In this document: piece by piece, positions 46,101 to 58,858 of the stretch
How positions within the stretch are numbered: position 1 is the stretch's first letter
Layout: the number at the start of each line of letters is the position of its first letter
NCBI GenBank assembly: GCA_030390025.1
Contig: CM059432.1
Coordinates: forward strand, 109,742,001-109,806,000
Origin: Squalus acanthias
Taxonomy: Eukaryota
Direction: 5' to 3'
DNA length: 64,000 nt
The notes under the pieces: generated by a model
Database searches by the model: none
What the model was told of the DNA's origin: nothing
Seen by the model: the letters and a program-made list of their open reading frames with translations, nothing else
Translations under genes and position numbers: made by a program

Positions 46101-49100
46101 TTGTGGGACCAGGGTACAGTGTGAGAGACCAGGGTACAGTGTGAGAGACCAGGGTACAGTTTGAGGGACCTGGGTACAGTGTGAGTGACCAGGGTACAGT
46201 TTGAGGGACCAGGGTACAGTGTGAGGGATCAGGATACAGTGTGAGGGACCAGTTTACAGTGTGAGGGACCAGGGTATTGTGTGAGGGACCAAGGTGCATT
46301 GTGAGGGACCTGGGTACAGTGTGAGGGACCAGGGTATTGTGTGAGGGACCAGGGTACATTGTGAGGGACCACGTTACAGTGTGAGGGACCAGGGTATTGT
46401 GTGAAGTACCAGGGTACATTGTGAGGGACCAGGTTACAGTGTAAGGGACCAGGGTATTGTGTGAGGGACCAGGGTACAATGTGAGGCTCCAGGGTATAGT
46501 GTGAGGTTCCAGGGTACAGTGTAAGGAACCAGGGAATAGTGTGAGGGACCAGGGTATAGTGTGAGAGACCAGGGTATAATGTGAGGGACCAGGTTACAGT
46601 ATGCGGGTCCATGGTAAAGTGTGAGGGACCACGGTATAGTGTGAGGGACCAGGGTACAGTGTGAGGGACCAGGGTACAGTGTGAGGGACCAGGTTACAGT
46701 GTAAGGGACCATGGTATAGTGTGAGGTACCATGGTATAGTGTGAGGGACCAGGGTACAGTGTGAGGGACCAGGATAAAGTGAGAGGGACCAGGGTAAAGT
46801 GTGAGGGACCAGGGTACAGTGAGAGGCACCGTGTTAAAATGTGAGAGACCAGGATGCAGTGTGAGGGGCAAGGGTACAGTGTGATGGACCTGGGTACAGT
46901 GTGAGAGACCAGGGTACAGTGTGAGGGACCAGGGTACAGTGAGAGAGACCAGGGTACAGTGTGAGGGATCAGGATACAGTTTGAGGGACCTGGGTACAGT
47001 GTGAGTGACCAGGGTACAGTTTGAGGGACCAGGGTACAGTGTGAGGGATCAGGATACAGTGTGAGGGACCAGTTTACAGTGTGAGTGACCAGGGTACAGT
47101 TTGAGGGACCAGGGTACAGTGTGAGGGATCAGGATACAGTGTGAGGGACCAGTTTACAGTGTGAGGGACCAGTTTACAGTGTGAGGGACCTGGGTACAGT
47201 GTAAGGGACCAGGGTATTGTGTGAGGGACCAGGGTACATTGTGAGGGACCACGTTACAGTGTGAAGGACCAGGGTATTGTGTGAGGGTCCAGGGTATATT
47301 GTGAGGGACCAGGGTACAGTTTGAGGGACCTGGGTACAGTGTGAGGGACCTGGGTACAGTGTGAGGGACCAGGGTACAGTGTGAGGGTCCAGGGTATATT
47401 GTGAGGGACCAGGGTACAGTTTGAGGGACCTGGGTACAGTGTGAGGGACCAGGGTATTGTGTGAGGGACCTGGGTACAGTGTGAGGGACCAGGGTACAGT
47501 GTGAGGGTCCAGGGTATATTGTGAGGGACCAGGGTACAGTTTGAGGGACCTGGGTACAGTGTGAGGGACCAGGGTACAGTGTGAGGGACCAGGTTATAGT
47601 GTAAGGGTCCAGGGTACAGTGTGAGGGACCAATGTACAGTGTGAGGGTCCAGGGTACTGTGTGATGGACCAGGGTAAAGTGTAAGGGACCAGGGTACAGT
47701 TTGAGGGACCATGGTACAGTGTGAGGGTCTAGGGTATAGTGTGACGTTCCAGGGTACAGTGTGAGGGACCAATGTACAGTGTGAGGGTCCAAGGTACTGT
47801 TTGAGGGACCATGGTACAGTGTGAGGGTCTAGGGTATAGTGTGACGTTCCAGGGTACAGTGTGAGGGACCAATGTACAGTGCGAGGTTCCAGGGTACTGT
47901 GTGATGGACCAAGGTAAACTGTAAGGGACCAGGGTACAGTTTGAGGGACCAGGGTACAGTGTGAGGGACCAGGGTACAGTGTGAGGGTCCAGGGTATATT
48001 GTGAGGGACCAGGGTACAGTTTGAGGGACCTGGGTACAGTGTGAGGCACCTGGGTACAGGGTGAGGGACCAGGATATAGTGAGAGACCAGGGTATAGAGT
48101 GCGGGACCACGGTACAGAGTGAAAGACCTGGGTACAGTGTGAGGGACGAGGGTACAGTGTGAGGTACCAGGCTATAGTGTGGGGGACCACGTTACAGTGT
48201 AAGGGACCAGGGAACAGTGTGAGGGACCAAGGTACAGTGTGAGGGTCCAGGGTACAGTGTGAGGGTCCAGGGTACAGTGTGAGGGTCCAGGGTACAGTGT
48301 GACGGACCAGGGTAAAGTGTAAGGGACCAGGGAATAGTGTGAGGGACCAGGGTATAGTGTGAGAGACCAGGGTATAGTGTGAGGGACCAGGTTACAGTAT
48401 GCGGGTCCATGCTATAGTGTGAGGGACCACGGTATTGTGTGAGGGACCAGGGTACAGTGTGAGGGACCAGGTTACAGTGTAAGGGACCATGCTATAGTGT
48501 GAGGTACCATGGTATAGTGTGAGGGACCAGGGTACAGTGTGAGGGACCAGGATAAAGTGAGAGGGACCAGGGTAAAGTGTGAGGGACCAGGGTACAGTGA
48601 GAGGCACCGTGTTAAAATGTGAGAGACCAGGATGCAGTGTGAGGGGCAAGGGTACAGTGTGATGGACCTGGGTACAGTGTGAGAGACCAGGGTACAGTGT
48701 GAGGGACCAGGGTACAGTGTGAGGGACCAGGGTACAGTGTGAGGGACCAGGGTACAGTGTGAGGGGCAAGGGTACAGTGTGAGGGACCAGGGTACAGTGT
48801 GAGGGACCAGGGTACAGTGTGAGGGGCAAGGGTACAGTGTGAGGGACCAGGGTACAGTGTGAGAGACCAGGGTACAGTGTGAGAGACCAGGGTACAGTTT
48901 GAGGGACCTGGGTACAGTTTGAGGGACCTGGGTACAGTGTGAGTGACCAGGGTACAGTTTGAGGGACCAGGGTACAGTGTGAGGGATCAGGATACAGTGT
49001 GAGGGACCAGTTTACAGTGTGAGCGACCAGGGTATTGTGTGAGGGACCACGTTACAGTGTGAGGGACCAGGGTATTGTGTGAGGTACCAGGGTACATTGT

Positions 49101-52100
49101 GAGGGACCACGTTACAGTGTGAGGGACCAGGGTATTGTGTGAGGTACCAGGGTACATTGTGAGGGACCAGGTTACAGTGTAAGGGACCAGGGTATTGTGT
49201 GAGGGACCAGGGTACAATGTGAGGGTCCAGGGTATAGTGTGAGGTTCCAGGGTACAGTGTGAGGGACCAGGATAAAGTGTGAGGGACCAGGGTACAGTGA
49301 GAGGCACCGTGTTAAAATGTGAGAGACCAAGATGCAGTGTGAGGGACAAGGGTACAGTGTGAGGGACCCGGGTACAGTGTGCAGGACCAGGGTACAGTTT
49401 GAGGGACCAGGGTACAGTTTGAGGGACCTGGGTACAGTGTGAGGGACCTGAGTACAGTGTGAGGGACCAGGGTATTGTGTGAGGGACCAGGGTATTGTGT
49501 GAGGGACCAGGGTACAGTGTGAGGGTCCAGGGTACAGTGTGATGGACCAGGGTATTTTGTGAGGGACCAGGGTACATTGTGAGGGACCAGGGTATTGTGT
49601 GAGGGCCCATGGTACAGTGTGAGGGACCAGGATACAGTGTGAGGGACCAGGGTACAGTTTGAGGGACCAGGGTACAGTGTGAGGGACCAGGGTACAGTTT
49701 GAGAGACCAGGGTACAGTGTGAGGGACCAGGATACAGTGTGAGGGACCAGGGTACAGTGTGAGAGACCAGGGTACAGTTTGAGGGACCAGGGTACAGTGT
49801 GAGGGACCAGGGTACAGTGTGAGGGTCTAGGGTACAGTGTGATGGACCAGGGTACAGTGTGAGGGACCAGGTTACAGTGTGAGGGACCAGGGTACAGTTT
49901 GAGGGACCTGGGTACAGTTTGAGGGACCTGGGTACAGTGTGAGGGACCAGGGTACAGTGTGAGGGTCCAGGGTATATTGTGAGGGACCTGGGTACAGTGT
50001 GCGGGACCAGCGTACAGTGTGAGGGACCAGGGTATAGAGTGAGGGACCAGGGTATAGTGTGAGGGACCAGGGTACATTGTGAGGGTGCAGGGTATCGTGT
50101 GTGGGACCAGGGTACAGTTTGAGGGACCTGGGTACAGTGTGCGGGACCAGTGTACAGTGTGAGGGACCAGGTTACAGTGTGAGGGACCAGGGTACATTGT
50201 GAGGGACCAGGGTACATTGTGAGGGACCAGGGTACATTGTGAGGGACAAGGGTACAGTGTGAGGGACCATGGTACAGTGTGAGGGACCATGATACACTGT
50301 GAGGGACCAGGGTACAGTGTCAGGGACCAGGTTATACTGTGAGGGACGAAGGTACCGTGTGAGGGACCAGGATACCGTGTGAGGGACCAGGGTACAGTGT
50401 GAGGGACCAGGGCACAGTGTGAGGCACCTGGGTACAGGGTGAGGGACCAGGATATAGTGAGAGACCAGGGTATAGAGTGCGGATCCATGGTACAGAGTGA
50501 AAGGCCTGGGTACAGGGTGAGGGACGAGGGTACAGTGTGAGGTACCAGGCTATAGTGTGAGGGACCAGGGTACAGTGTGAGGGATCAGGGTATAGTGTGA
50601 GGGTCCAGGGTACAGTGTGACGGACCAGGGTAAAGTGTAAGGGACCAGGGTATAGTGTGAGGGACCAGGGTACAGTTTGAGGGACCAGGGTATAGTGTGA
50701 GAGACCAGGGTATTGTGTGAGGGACCAGGATATTGTGTGAGTGACCAGGGTATAGTGTGAGGGACCATGGTATAGTGTGAGGGTCCAGGGTATAGTGTGA
50801 GGGACCAGGATAAAGTGAGAGGGACCAGGGTACAGTGTGAGGGACCAAGGTACAGTGTGAGGGACCAGGGTATAGTACGAGAGACCAGGGTATAGTGTGA
50901 GGGACCATGGTATAGTGTGAGGGAGCAGGATAAAGTGTGAGAGACCAGGGTATAGTGTGAGGGACCATGGTATAGTGTGAGGGACCAGGATAAAGTGAGA
51001 GGGACCAGGGTACAGTGTGAGGGACCAGGGTATAGTGTGAGAGACCAGGGTATAGTGTGAGGGACCATGGTACAGTGTGAGGGACCAGGATAAAGTGAGA
51101 GGGACCAGGGTACAGTGTGCGGGACCAAGGTACATTGTAAGGGACCATGGTATAGTGTGAGGGACCAGGATAAAGTGAGGGGGACCAGGGTACAGTGAGA
51201 GGCACCGTGTTAAAATGTGAGAGATCAGGATGCAGTGTGAGGGGCAAGGGTATAGTGTGAGGGACCATGGTACAGTGTGAGGGACCAGTATAAAGTGAGA
51301 GGGACCAGGGTACAGTGAGAGGCACCGTGTTAAAATGTGAGAGATCAGGATGCAGTGTGAGGGGCAAGGGTATAGTGTGAGGGACCATGATACACTATGA
51401 GGGACCAGGGTACAGTGTCAGGGACCAGGTTATACTGTGAGGGACGAAGGTACCGTGTGAGGGACCAGGATACCGTGTGAGGGACCAGGGTACAGTGTGA
51501 GGGACCATGGTACAGTGTGAGGGACCATGGTACAGTGTGAGGGACCAGGGTACAGTGTGAGGGACCAGGGTACAGAGTGAGGGACCAGGGTATAGTGTGA
51601 GGGACCAGGGTATAGTGTGAGGGACCAGGGTAAAGTGTGAGAGACCAGGGTATAGTGTGAGGGACCATGGTATAGTGTGAGGGACCAGGATAAAGTGAGA
51701 GGGACCAGGGTATAGTGTGAGGGACCATGATACACTATGAGGGACCAGGGTACAGTGTCAGGGACCAGGTTATACTTTGAGGGACGAAGGTACCGTGTGA
51801 GGGACCAGGATACCGTGTGAGGGACCTGGGTACAGTGTGAGGGACCAGGGTACAGTGTGAAGGACCAGGATACCGTGTGAGGGACCTGGGTACAGTGTGA
51901 AGGACCAGGATACCGTGTGAGGGACCTGGGTACAGTGTGAGGGACCAGGATACCGTGTGAGGGACCTGGGTACAGTGTGAGGGACCTGGGTACAGTGTGA
52001 GGGACCAGGGTACAGTGTGAGGGACCATGGTACAGTGTGAGGGACCAGGGTACAGTGTGAGGGACCAGGGTATAGAGTGAGGGACCAGGGTATAGTGTGA

Positions 52101-52766
52101 GGGACCAGGGTACATTGTGAGGGTGCAGGGTATCGTGTGTGGGACCAGGGTACAGTTTGAGGGACCTGGGTACAGTGTGCGGGACCAGTGTACAGTTTGA
52201 GGGACCAGGGTACATTGTGAGGGACCAGGGTACAGTGTGAGGGACCAGGGTACAGTGTGAGGGACCAAGATACAGTTTGAGGGACAAGGGTACAGTGTGA
52301 GGGACCAGGGTTCAGTGTGAGGGACCAGGGTTCAGTGTGAGCGGAAGGTACAGTGTTCTAATGAAAGGTCATCGACCTGAAACGTTAACTCTCTTTCTCT
52401 CTCCACGGATGCTGCCTGGCCTGCTGAGTTTTTCCAGCGTTTTCTGTTGTTATTTCGGATTTCCAGCATCCGCAGTATTTTGCTATCGTACAGTGTGAGA
52501 CTCGGGTTCAGTGTGAGCGACCTGGGTTCAGTGTGAGGGACCAGGGTACAGTGTGCTGGACCAGGGTAGAGTGAGAGAGACCGGGGTAGAGTGTGAGAGA
52601 CCGGGGTAGAGTGTGAGAGACCGGGGTAGAGTGTGAGAGACCGGGGTAGAGTGTGAGAGACCGGGGTATAGAATGAGGGACCAGGATACAGTCTGAGAGA
52701 CCAGGGTACAGTGTGAGGGACCAGGGTATAGTGTGAGGTACCAGGGTACAGTGTGAGGGACAAGGG
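37105..52766. repeat. 20-bp minisatellite GGGACCAGGGTACAGTGTGA, about 15.6 kb (about 780 units) with higher-order structure
   Basis: Directly visible, with many recurring variant units. Confidence 0.99.
52357..52487 (+). mobile_element. 131-bp hammerhead-motif element, copy 2 (core mutated to CTAATGA)
   Basis: TSD GTACAGTGT (52348-52356 and 52488-52496). Reverse-complement match to 160-290. Confidence 0.85.
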
Positions 52767-55700
52767 CGAGCGTCAGCTGGAGGCACTGCGGTGTATCCGC
52801 GAGGCTGAGAGTTACGTGGATAGCACGTTTTGTGACGTGGTCACCCCGCAGCTTAAGAAAGTGCAGTCAGAGCCGGAATGGGAGACCACCAGTCAGAAGA
52901 AGGGGCAGGTGGTCAGGAAAGCCCCAGAGTGCGTCTCACTCAACAACCGTTTTTCTGTGTTGGAAAACGGTGAAAGTGACGGTTCTTCTGGGGAGTTCAC
53001 GGCACTGTGGGTGGCTCAGCTGCACAAGGGGGGAGGAGTAAGAGTAGAAGGGCAATAGTGGTAGGAGACTCAATAGTGAGGAATGAAGACAGGCGTTTCT
53101 GCTGCCGCAGATGTGACTCCAGGATGGTATGTTGCCTCCCTGGTGCCAGGGTCAAGGAAGTCACTGAACGGCTGCAGGGCATTCTGAAGGGGGAGGGTGA
53201 ACAGTCAGAGGTCGTGGTTCACATTGGTACTAACGGCATGGGTAGAAAGAGGGATGAGGTCCTGCAACAAAAATTTAGGGAGCTAGGCAACAGATTAAAA
53301 AGCAGGACCTCAAAGGTTGTAATCTCTGGATTACTCCCGATGCCACGAGCTAGTGAGTATAGGAATAGGAGGATAGAGCAGATGAATGCGTGGCTAAAGA
53401 GTTGTTGCAGGAGGGAGGGCTTTAGTTTCCTGGATCACTGGGTCTGCTTCTGGGGAAGGTGGGACCTGTACAAGTTGGACGGGTTGCACCTGAACTGGAA
53501 CGGGACCAACATCCTTGCGGGGAGGTTTGCTAGTGCTGTTGGGGGGGGGGTTAAACTAACTTGACGGGGGATGGGATACGGAGTGGAGCTATAGTAGGGG
53601 GTGATGCACAACCAAATATAGAGGAAAAAGCAAGTCAGTCTGGAAGGCAGAGCAAATATGTAACAGCACAAGGGAGTATGGCAAGGCTGGATGGCATTTA
53701 TTTTAATGCAAGGAGTCTTGCGAGTAAGGCAGATGAATTGAAGGTGTTGATGAACACATGGGAGTATGATATTGTTGCTATCACAGAGACATGGTTGAGG
53801 GAGGGGCAGGACTGGCAGCTCAATATTCCGGGGTATAGAATCTTCAGGCGAGACAGAGAGGGGTGTAAAAAACGAGGGGGTGTCGCAATATTAATCAAGG
53901 AGTCAATTACTGCAGTAAGTAGGGATGATATCTTAGCAGGTTCCTCTAATGAGGCCATATGGGTAGAACTTAAAAACAAAAAGGGGGCAAGCACTTTGCT
54001 GGGAGTGTACTATAGGCCCCAAACAGTCAGGGGGAGATAGAGGAACAGATATGTAGGCAAATCTCAGAGAAGTGTAGAAATAATAGGGTAATAATAATAG
54101 CAGGGGATTTCAACTTCCCCAATATTAACTGGGATAGTCAGTGTGTGAAAGGCTTAGAGGGTGCGGAATTCTTAAAGTGCATCCAGGAGAGCTTTTTGAG
54201 CCAGCATGTAGAACGTCCTACAAGAGAGGGGGCGGTACTGGATCTAATTCTAGGGAATGTAGTCAGGCAAGTGGTAGAAGTGTCAGTAGGAGTGCATTTT
54301 GGTGACAGTGACCATAATTCGGTGAGATTTGAAGTAGTCATGGAAAAGGACAAAGATGGACCGGAAATAAAGCTTCTAAATTGGGGCAGGCCGATTTTAA
54401 TATGATAAGGCAGGATCTGGCCAAAGTCGACTGGGATCAGCTACTTGTAGGAAAATCCACATCAGAGCAGTGGGAGTCATTCAGAAAGGAAATAGAGAGA
54501 GTACAGCACCAACATGTTCTTGTAAAGGTCAAGGGTGGGACCAACAAGTCCAGGGAACCCTGGAAGTCAAGGGATATACAAGAATGGATTAGGAAAAAAA
54601 GGGAGGCTTTTGGCAGATACAAAGGACTAAAAACAGTGGAAGCCCTAGAGGACTATAGAAAGTGCAGGGGGGTACTTAAAAAAGAAATTAGGAGAGCGAA
54701 GAGGGGGCATGAAATAACACTGGCAGGCAAAATAAAGGAAAATCCCAAGGTGTTTTATAAGTATATTCTTCTTCTTAGGCAGTCCCTTGGAACTGAAGAT
54801 GACTTGCTTCCACATTAAAAATGAGTTCTCAGGTGACTGATGAGTCCAATGCGGGAACTACAGTCTCTGTCACAGGTGGGGCAGACGGTGGTTGAAGGGG
54901 CGGGTGGGCGGGGTGCTTGGGTTGACGTGCGCTCCTTCCGCTCTTTGCGCTTGGCTTCCGTTTGCTCCCGGCGAAGAGACTCGACGTATTCGGCGCCTTC
55001 CCGGATGCTTCTCCTCCACTTTGTACGGTCTTGGGCCAGGGATTCCCAGGTGTCGGTGGGGATGTTGCACTTTTTCAAGGAGGCTTTGAGGGTGTCCTTG
55101 AAGCATTTCCTCTGCCCACCTGGGGCTCTCATGCCTTGTCGGAGCTCCGAGTAGAGCGCTTGTTTTGGGAGTCTCGTATCGGGCATGCGGACAATGTGAC
55201 CCATCCATCGGAGCTGATCGAGCATGGTCAAAGCTTCGATGCTGGGGATGTTGGCCTGAGCGAGAACACTGACGTTGGTGTGCCTATCCTGCCAATGGAT
55301 TTGCAGGATCTTGCGGAGGCAGCGTTGATGGTACCTCTCCAGTGCTTTGAGGTGTCTGCTGTACATGGTCCATGTCTCTGAGGCATACAGGAGGGCGGGT
55401 ATTACAACTTCTCTGTAGACCATGAGCCATGAGCTTGGTGCCGGGTTTGAGCTCCTGGTCTTCAAACACTCTCTTCCTCAGGCGACTGAAGGCTGCACTG
55501 GCACACTGAAGGCGGTGTTGGACTTCGTCATCGACGTCTGCTCTTGTTGACAGTAGGTATAAGTATATTAAGGGCAAGACGATAACCAGGGAAAGAGTAG
55601 GGCCCATTAGGGACCAAAGTGGCAATCTGTGTGTAGAGCCGGAAGATGTAGGTGAGGTTTTAAATGAATATTTTGCATCTGTGTTCACTATGGAGAAGGA

Positions 55701-57356
55701 CGATGTAGGCATAGAAATCAGGCAGGGGGATTGTGATATACTTGAACAAATTAGTATTGAGAGGGAGGAGGTTCTAGCAGGCTTAAAAGTGGATAAATCC
55801 CCAGGCCCAGATGAGATGTATCCCAGGCTGCTGTGTGAGGCAAGGGAGGAGATTGCAGGGGCTCTGACACAAATTTTCAGAACCTCTCTGGCCACAGGGG
55901 AGGTGCCAGAGGACTGGAGGACAGCTAACATAGTATCATTATTCAAGAAGGGTAGTAGGGATAAACCAGGGAATTACAGGCCAGTGAGCTGAACATCAGT
56001 GGTAGGGAAATTATTGGAAACAATTCTGAGGGACAGAATTAGTTTCCACTTGGAGAGGCAGGGATTAATCAGGGATAGTCAGCATGGCTTTGTCAGGGGA
56101 AGATCATGTCTGACCAATTTGATTGAATTTTGAGAGGGGGTGACTAGGTGTGTGGATGAGGGTAGTGCAGTTGATGTAGTCCACATGGACTTCAGTAAGG
56201 CTTTTGACAAAGTCCCGCATGGGAGACTGGTCAAGAAGATAAGAGCCCATGAGATCCAGGGCAATTTGGCACATTGGATCCAAAATTGGCTTAGTGGCAG
56301 GAGGCAGAGGGTGATGGTCGAAGGTTGTTTTTGTGACTGGAAGCCTGTGTCCAGTGGTGTACCACAGGGATCGGTGCTGGGTCCCTTGCTCTTTGCATTG
56401 TACATTAATGATTTAGATATGAATGTAGGAGGTATGATCAGTAAGTTCGCAGATGACACGAAAATTGGTGGGGTGGTAAATAGCGAGGAGGGAAGCCTCA
56501 GGCTACAGGACGATATAGATGGGTTGGTCAGATGGGCAGAACTGTGGCAAATGGAATTTAACCCTGAAAAGTGTGAGGTGATGCATTTTGGGAGGACTAA
56601 CAAGGCAAGGGAATACTCAATGAATGGTAGGAACCTAGGAAGGACAGAGGATCAGAGGGACCTTGGTGTGCATGTACATAGATCCCTGAATGCAGCAGGA
56701 CAGGTAGATAAGGTGGTTAAAAAGGCATATGGGATACTTGCCTTCATTAGCCGAGGCATAGAGCAGGGAGGTTATGATGGAGCTGTACAAAACGCTAGTT
56801 AGGCCACAGCTGGAATACTGTGAAAAGTTCTGGTCGCCTCACTATAAGAAGGATGTGATTGCATTGGAGAGGGTGCAGAGGAGATTCACCAGGATGTTAC
56901 CTGGGCTGGAGCGCTTCAGCTATGAGGAGAGACTGGACAGGCTGGGGTTGTTTTCCTTGGAGCAGAGAAGGCTGAGGGGGGACCTGATTGAGGTGTACAA
57001 AATTATGAGGGGCATAGATAGGGTAGATAGAAAGGAATTTTTCCCCTTAGTAGAGGGGTCAATAACCAGGGGGCATAGTTACAAGGTAAGGGGCAGGAGG
57101 TTTTATAGGGGATTTGAGGAAAAACTTTTTCACCCAGCGGATGGTTGGAATCTGGAACTCACCGCCTGAAAGGGTGGTAGAGGCAGGAACCCTCACAACA
57201 TTCAAGAAGCATTTAGATGAGCACTTGAAATGCCATAGCATACAAGGCTATGGACCAAGTGCTGGAAAATGGGATTGGAATAGACAGGGCTTGATGGCCA
57301 GCATGGACACGATGGGCCGAAGGGCCTCTTTCTGTGCTGTATAACTCTATGACTCT
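52767..57356 (+). mobile_element. Long, slightly 5'-truncated CR1 (second subfamily), decayed, inserted in the 20-bp array
   Basis: ORF1 esterase (IVVGDSIV, CCLPGARV, HIGTN, DGLH) and ORF2 APE/RT pieces with frameshifts and stops. Tail TATAACTCTATGACTCT. The array resumes at 57357. Confidence 0.93.
54768..55557 (-). mobile_element. 5'-truncated RTE-clade LINE nested in CR1
   Basis: LLYASETWT…LRKILQIHWQD…LRWMGHIVRMPDTRLPKQ and a C-terminal CPTC…HLRTH finger. (AAG)n tail and 12-bp TSD TATAAGTATATT (54756-54767 and 55558-55569). Confidence 0.9.
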
Positions 57357-57703
57357 AGGGTACAGTGTGTGCGACCAGGGTACAGTGTGAGGGACAAGGG
57401 TAGAGTGTGAGGTACCAGGGTAGAGTGTGAAGGACCAGGGTAGAGTGTGAGGTACCAGGGTACAGTGTGAGGGACCAGGGTACAGTGTGAGGGACCAGGG
57501 TACAGTGTGAGGGACCAGGGTACAGTGTGAGGGACCAGGGTACAGTGTGAGGGACCAGGGTACAGTGTGAGGGACCAGGGTACAGTGTGAGGGACCAGGG
57601 TACAGTGTGAGGGACCAGGGTACAGTGTGAGGGACCAGGGTACAGTGTGAGGGACCAGGGTGCTGTGTATTGGACCAGGGTACAGTGTTAGGGACCAGGG
57701 TAT
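57357..57703. repeat. Continuation of the 20-bp minisatellite
   Basis: Same unit, nearly perfect at 57460-57660. Confidence 0.97.
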
Positions 57704-58795
57704 TGTAGATTTCAACAAAAAATATTATGTACAATAGCAAAATGCTGAAAGCCTGTTTGGCCCAGTGGTAAGGGCATGAAACGGTTAAACTTCGAGGCAC
57801 AGAAAAGGTGCCAATCATCAAACTCTGCAGTTCTTGGAGAATGCATTGATACTGGACAATGAAAGCTTTGACTCATGATTAACTCTGAAAAGTACATTGA
57901 CATTGAACTGTGAGGCCTTGAATCATGATAATTTTTCCCATCTTAAACAAACATCTGGACAATGCTCTGAGTTTAACTGAAACAATGGGGGTCACGATTG
58001 ACTTCCTGACATGAATGGAAGATACACAAGTTCCGAGCAGACAATCAGCCAACCGCCCATCAACAGTAATAGAAATCACATTGAATATGCGTTACAGAAA
58101 GCGGGAGAGGAGATAAGGATTTAGCTTCGATCTCACAACTCTGTACACCTCCGGTGATTGAATTACAGGTTGACGAGGTGTGAATGTCAGACAGTTCAGC
58201 AAACCGACAACTGAAACTGGTTGGGGGAGGCCCAGCATGGGGCCGGGTGACTAAAAGAACCAAAAGAAGGAACCACACCACAGCTCTCTCTCTCTTTCGC
58301 TTGGAAGCTCTCGCTGGGAAGCTCTCTCTCTCGGAAGCTAGCTCTGACTACAGCAACTGCCAGGTGTAAGAAGGAAGGGAAGACGGTCATCTCCAGCTCC
58401 CAGCCTGCAATCGACGTCAGCCACAACCAGCCGGATGGGTGATTGTAAGTATCAGTTGACTCTACAAGAGGTTTGCGCTGTGTAGGCAGCTGCAGTCAGA
58501 TAAAGGAGGACGGGGACAGGTCATCTCCGATCCAGGCCTACAATCCACAATGGTAACGACCGGCCGTATGGGTGAATGTAAGTTTCAGCCAAATCTCAAC
58601 AGGTTTTTGTCTGTGTTTTGTTGGTTTTAATAAACTAATAGTTTTGGGTTGAACCTAAACCGTCTGTGTTTTGTTGGTTTTAATAAACTAATAGTTTTGG
58701 GTTGAACCTAAACCTTTGCGTCGTCTACCATTTTGTTCCTGTAAAACCCAGAGTCAAAGAACCATTGTAAGGACGAGGAAACCAAACACCTTACA
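57704..58795 (+). mobile_element. Solo LTR (1092 bp) inserted in the 20-bp array
   Basis: TGTA…TACA termini, 4-bp TSD-like GTAT/GGAT, array on both sides, and two AATAAA signals near the 3' end. Confidence 0.75.
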
Positions 58796-58858
58796 GGATA
58801 GTGTGAGGGACCAGGGTACAGTGTGAGGGACCGGGGTACAGTGTGAGGGACCAGGGTA
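58796..58858. repeat. Last three units of the 20-bp minisatellite
   Basis: GTGTGAGGGACCAGGGTACA units. Confidence 0.9.

Noticed and set aside
37104..52786. Long PHTVPWSLTLYPGPSHCTLV ORFs (up to 486 aa)
   Set aside because: They are translations of a stop-poor 20-bp repeat, open in all three minus frames, with no sign of coding constraint.
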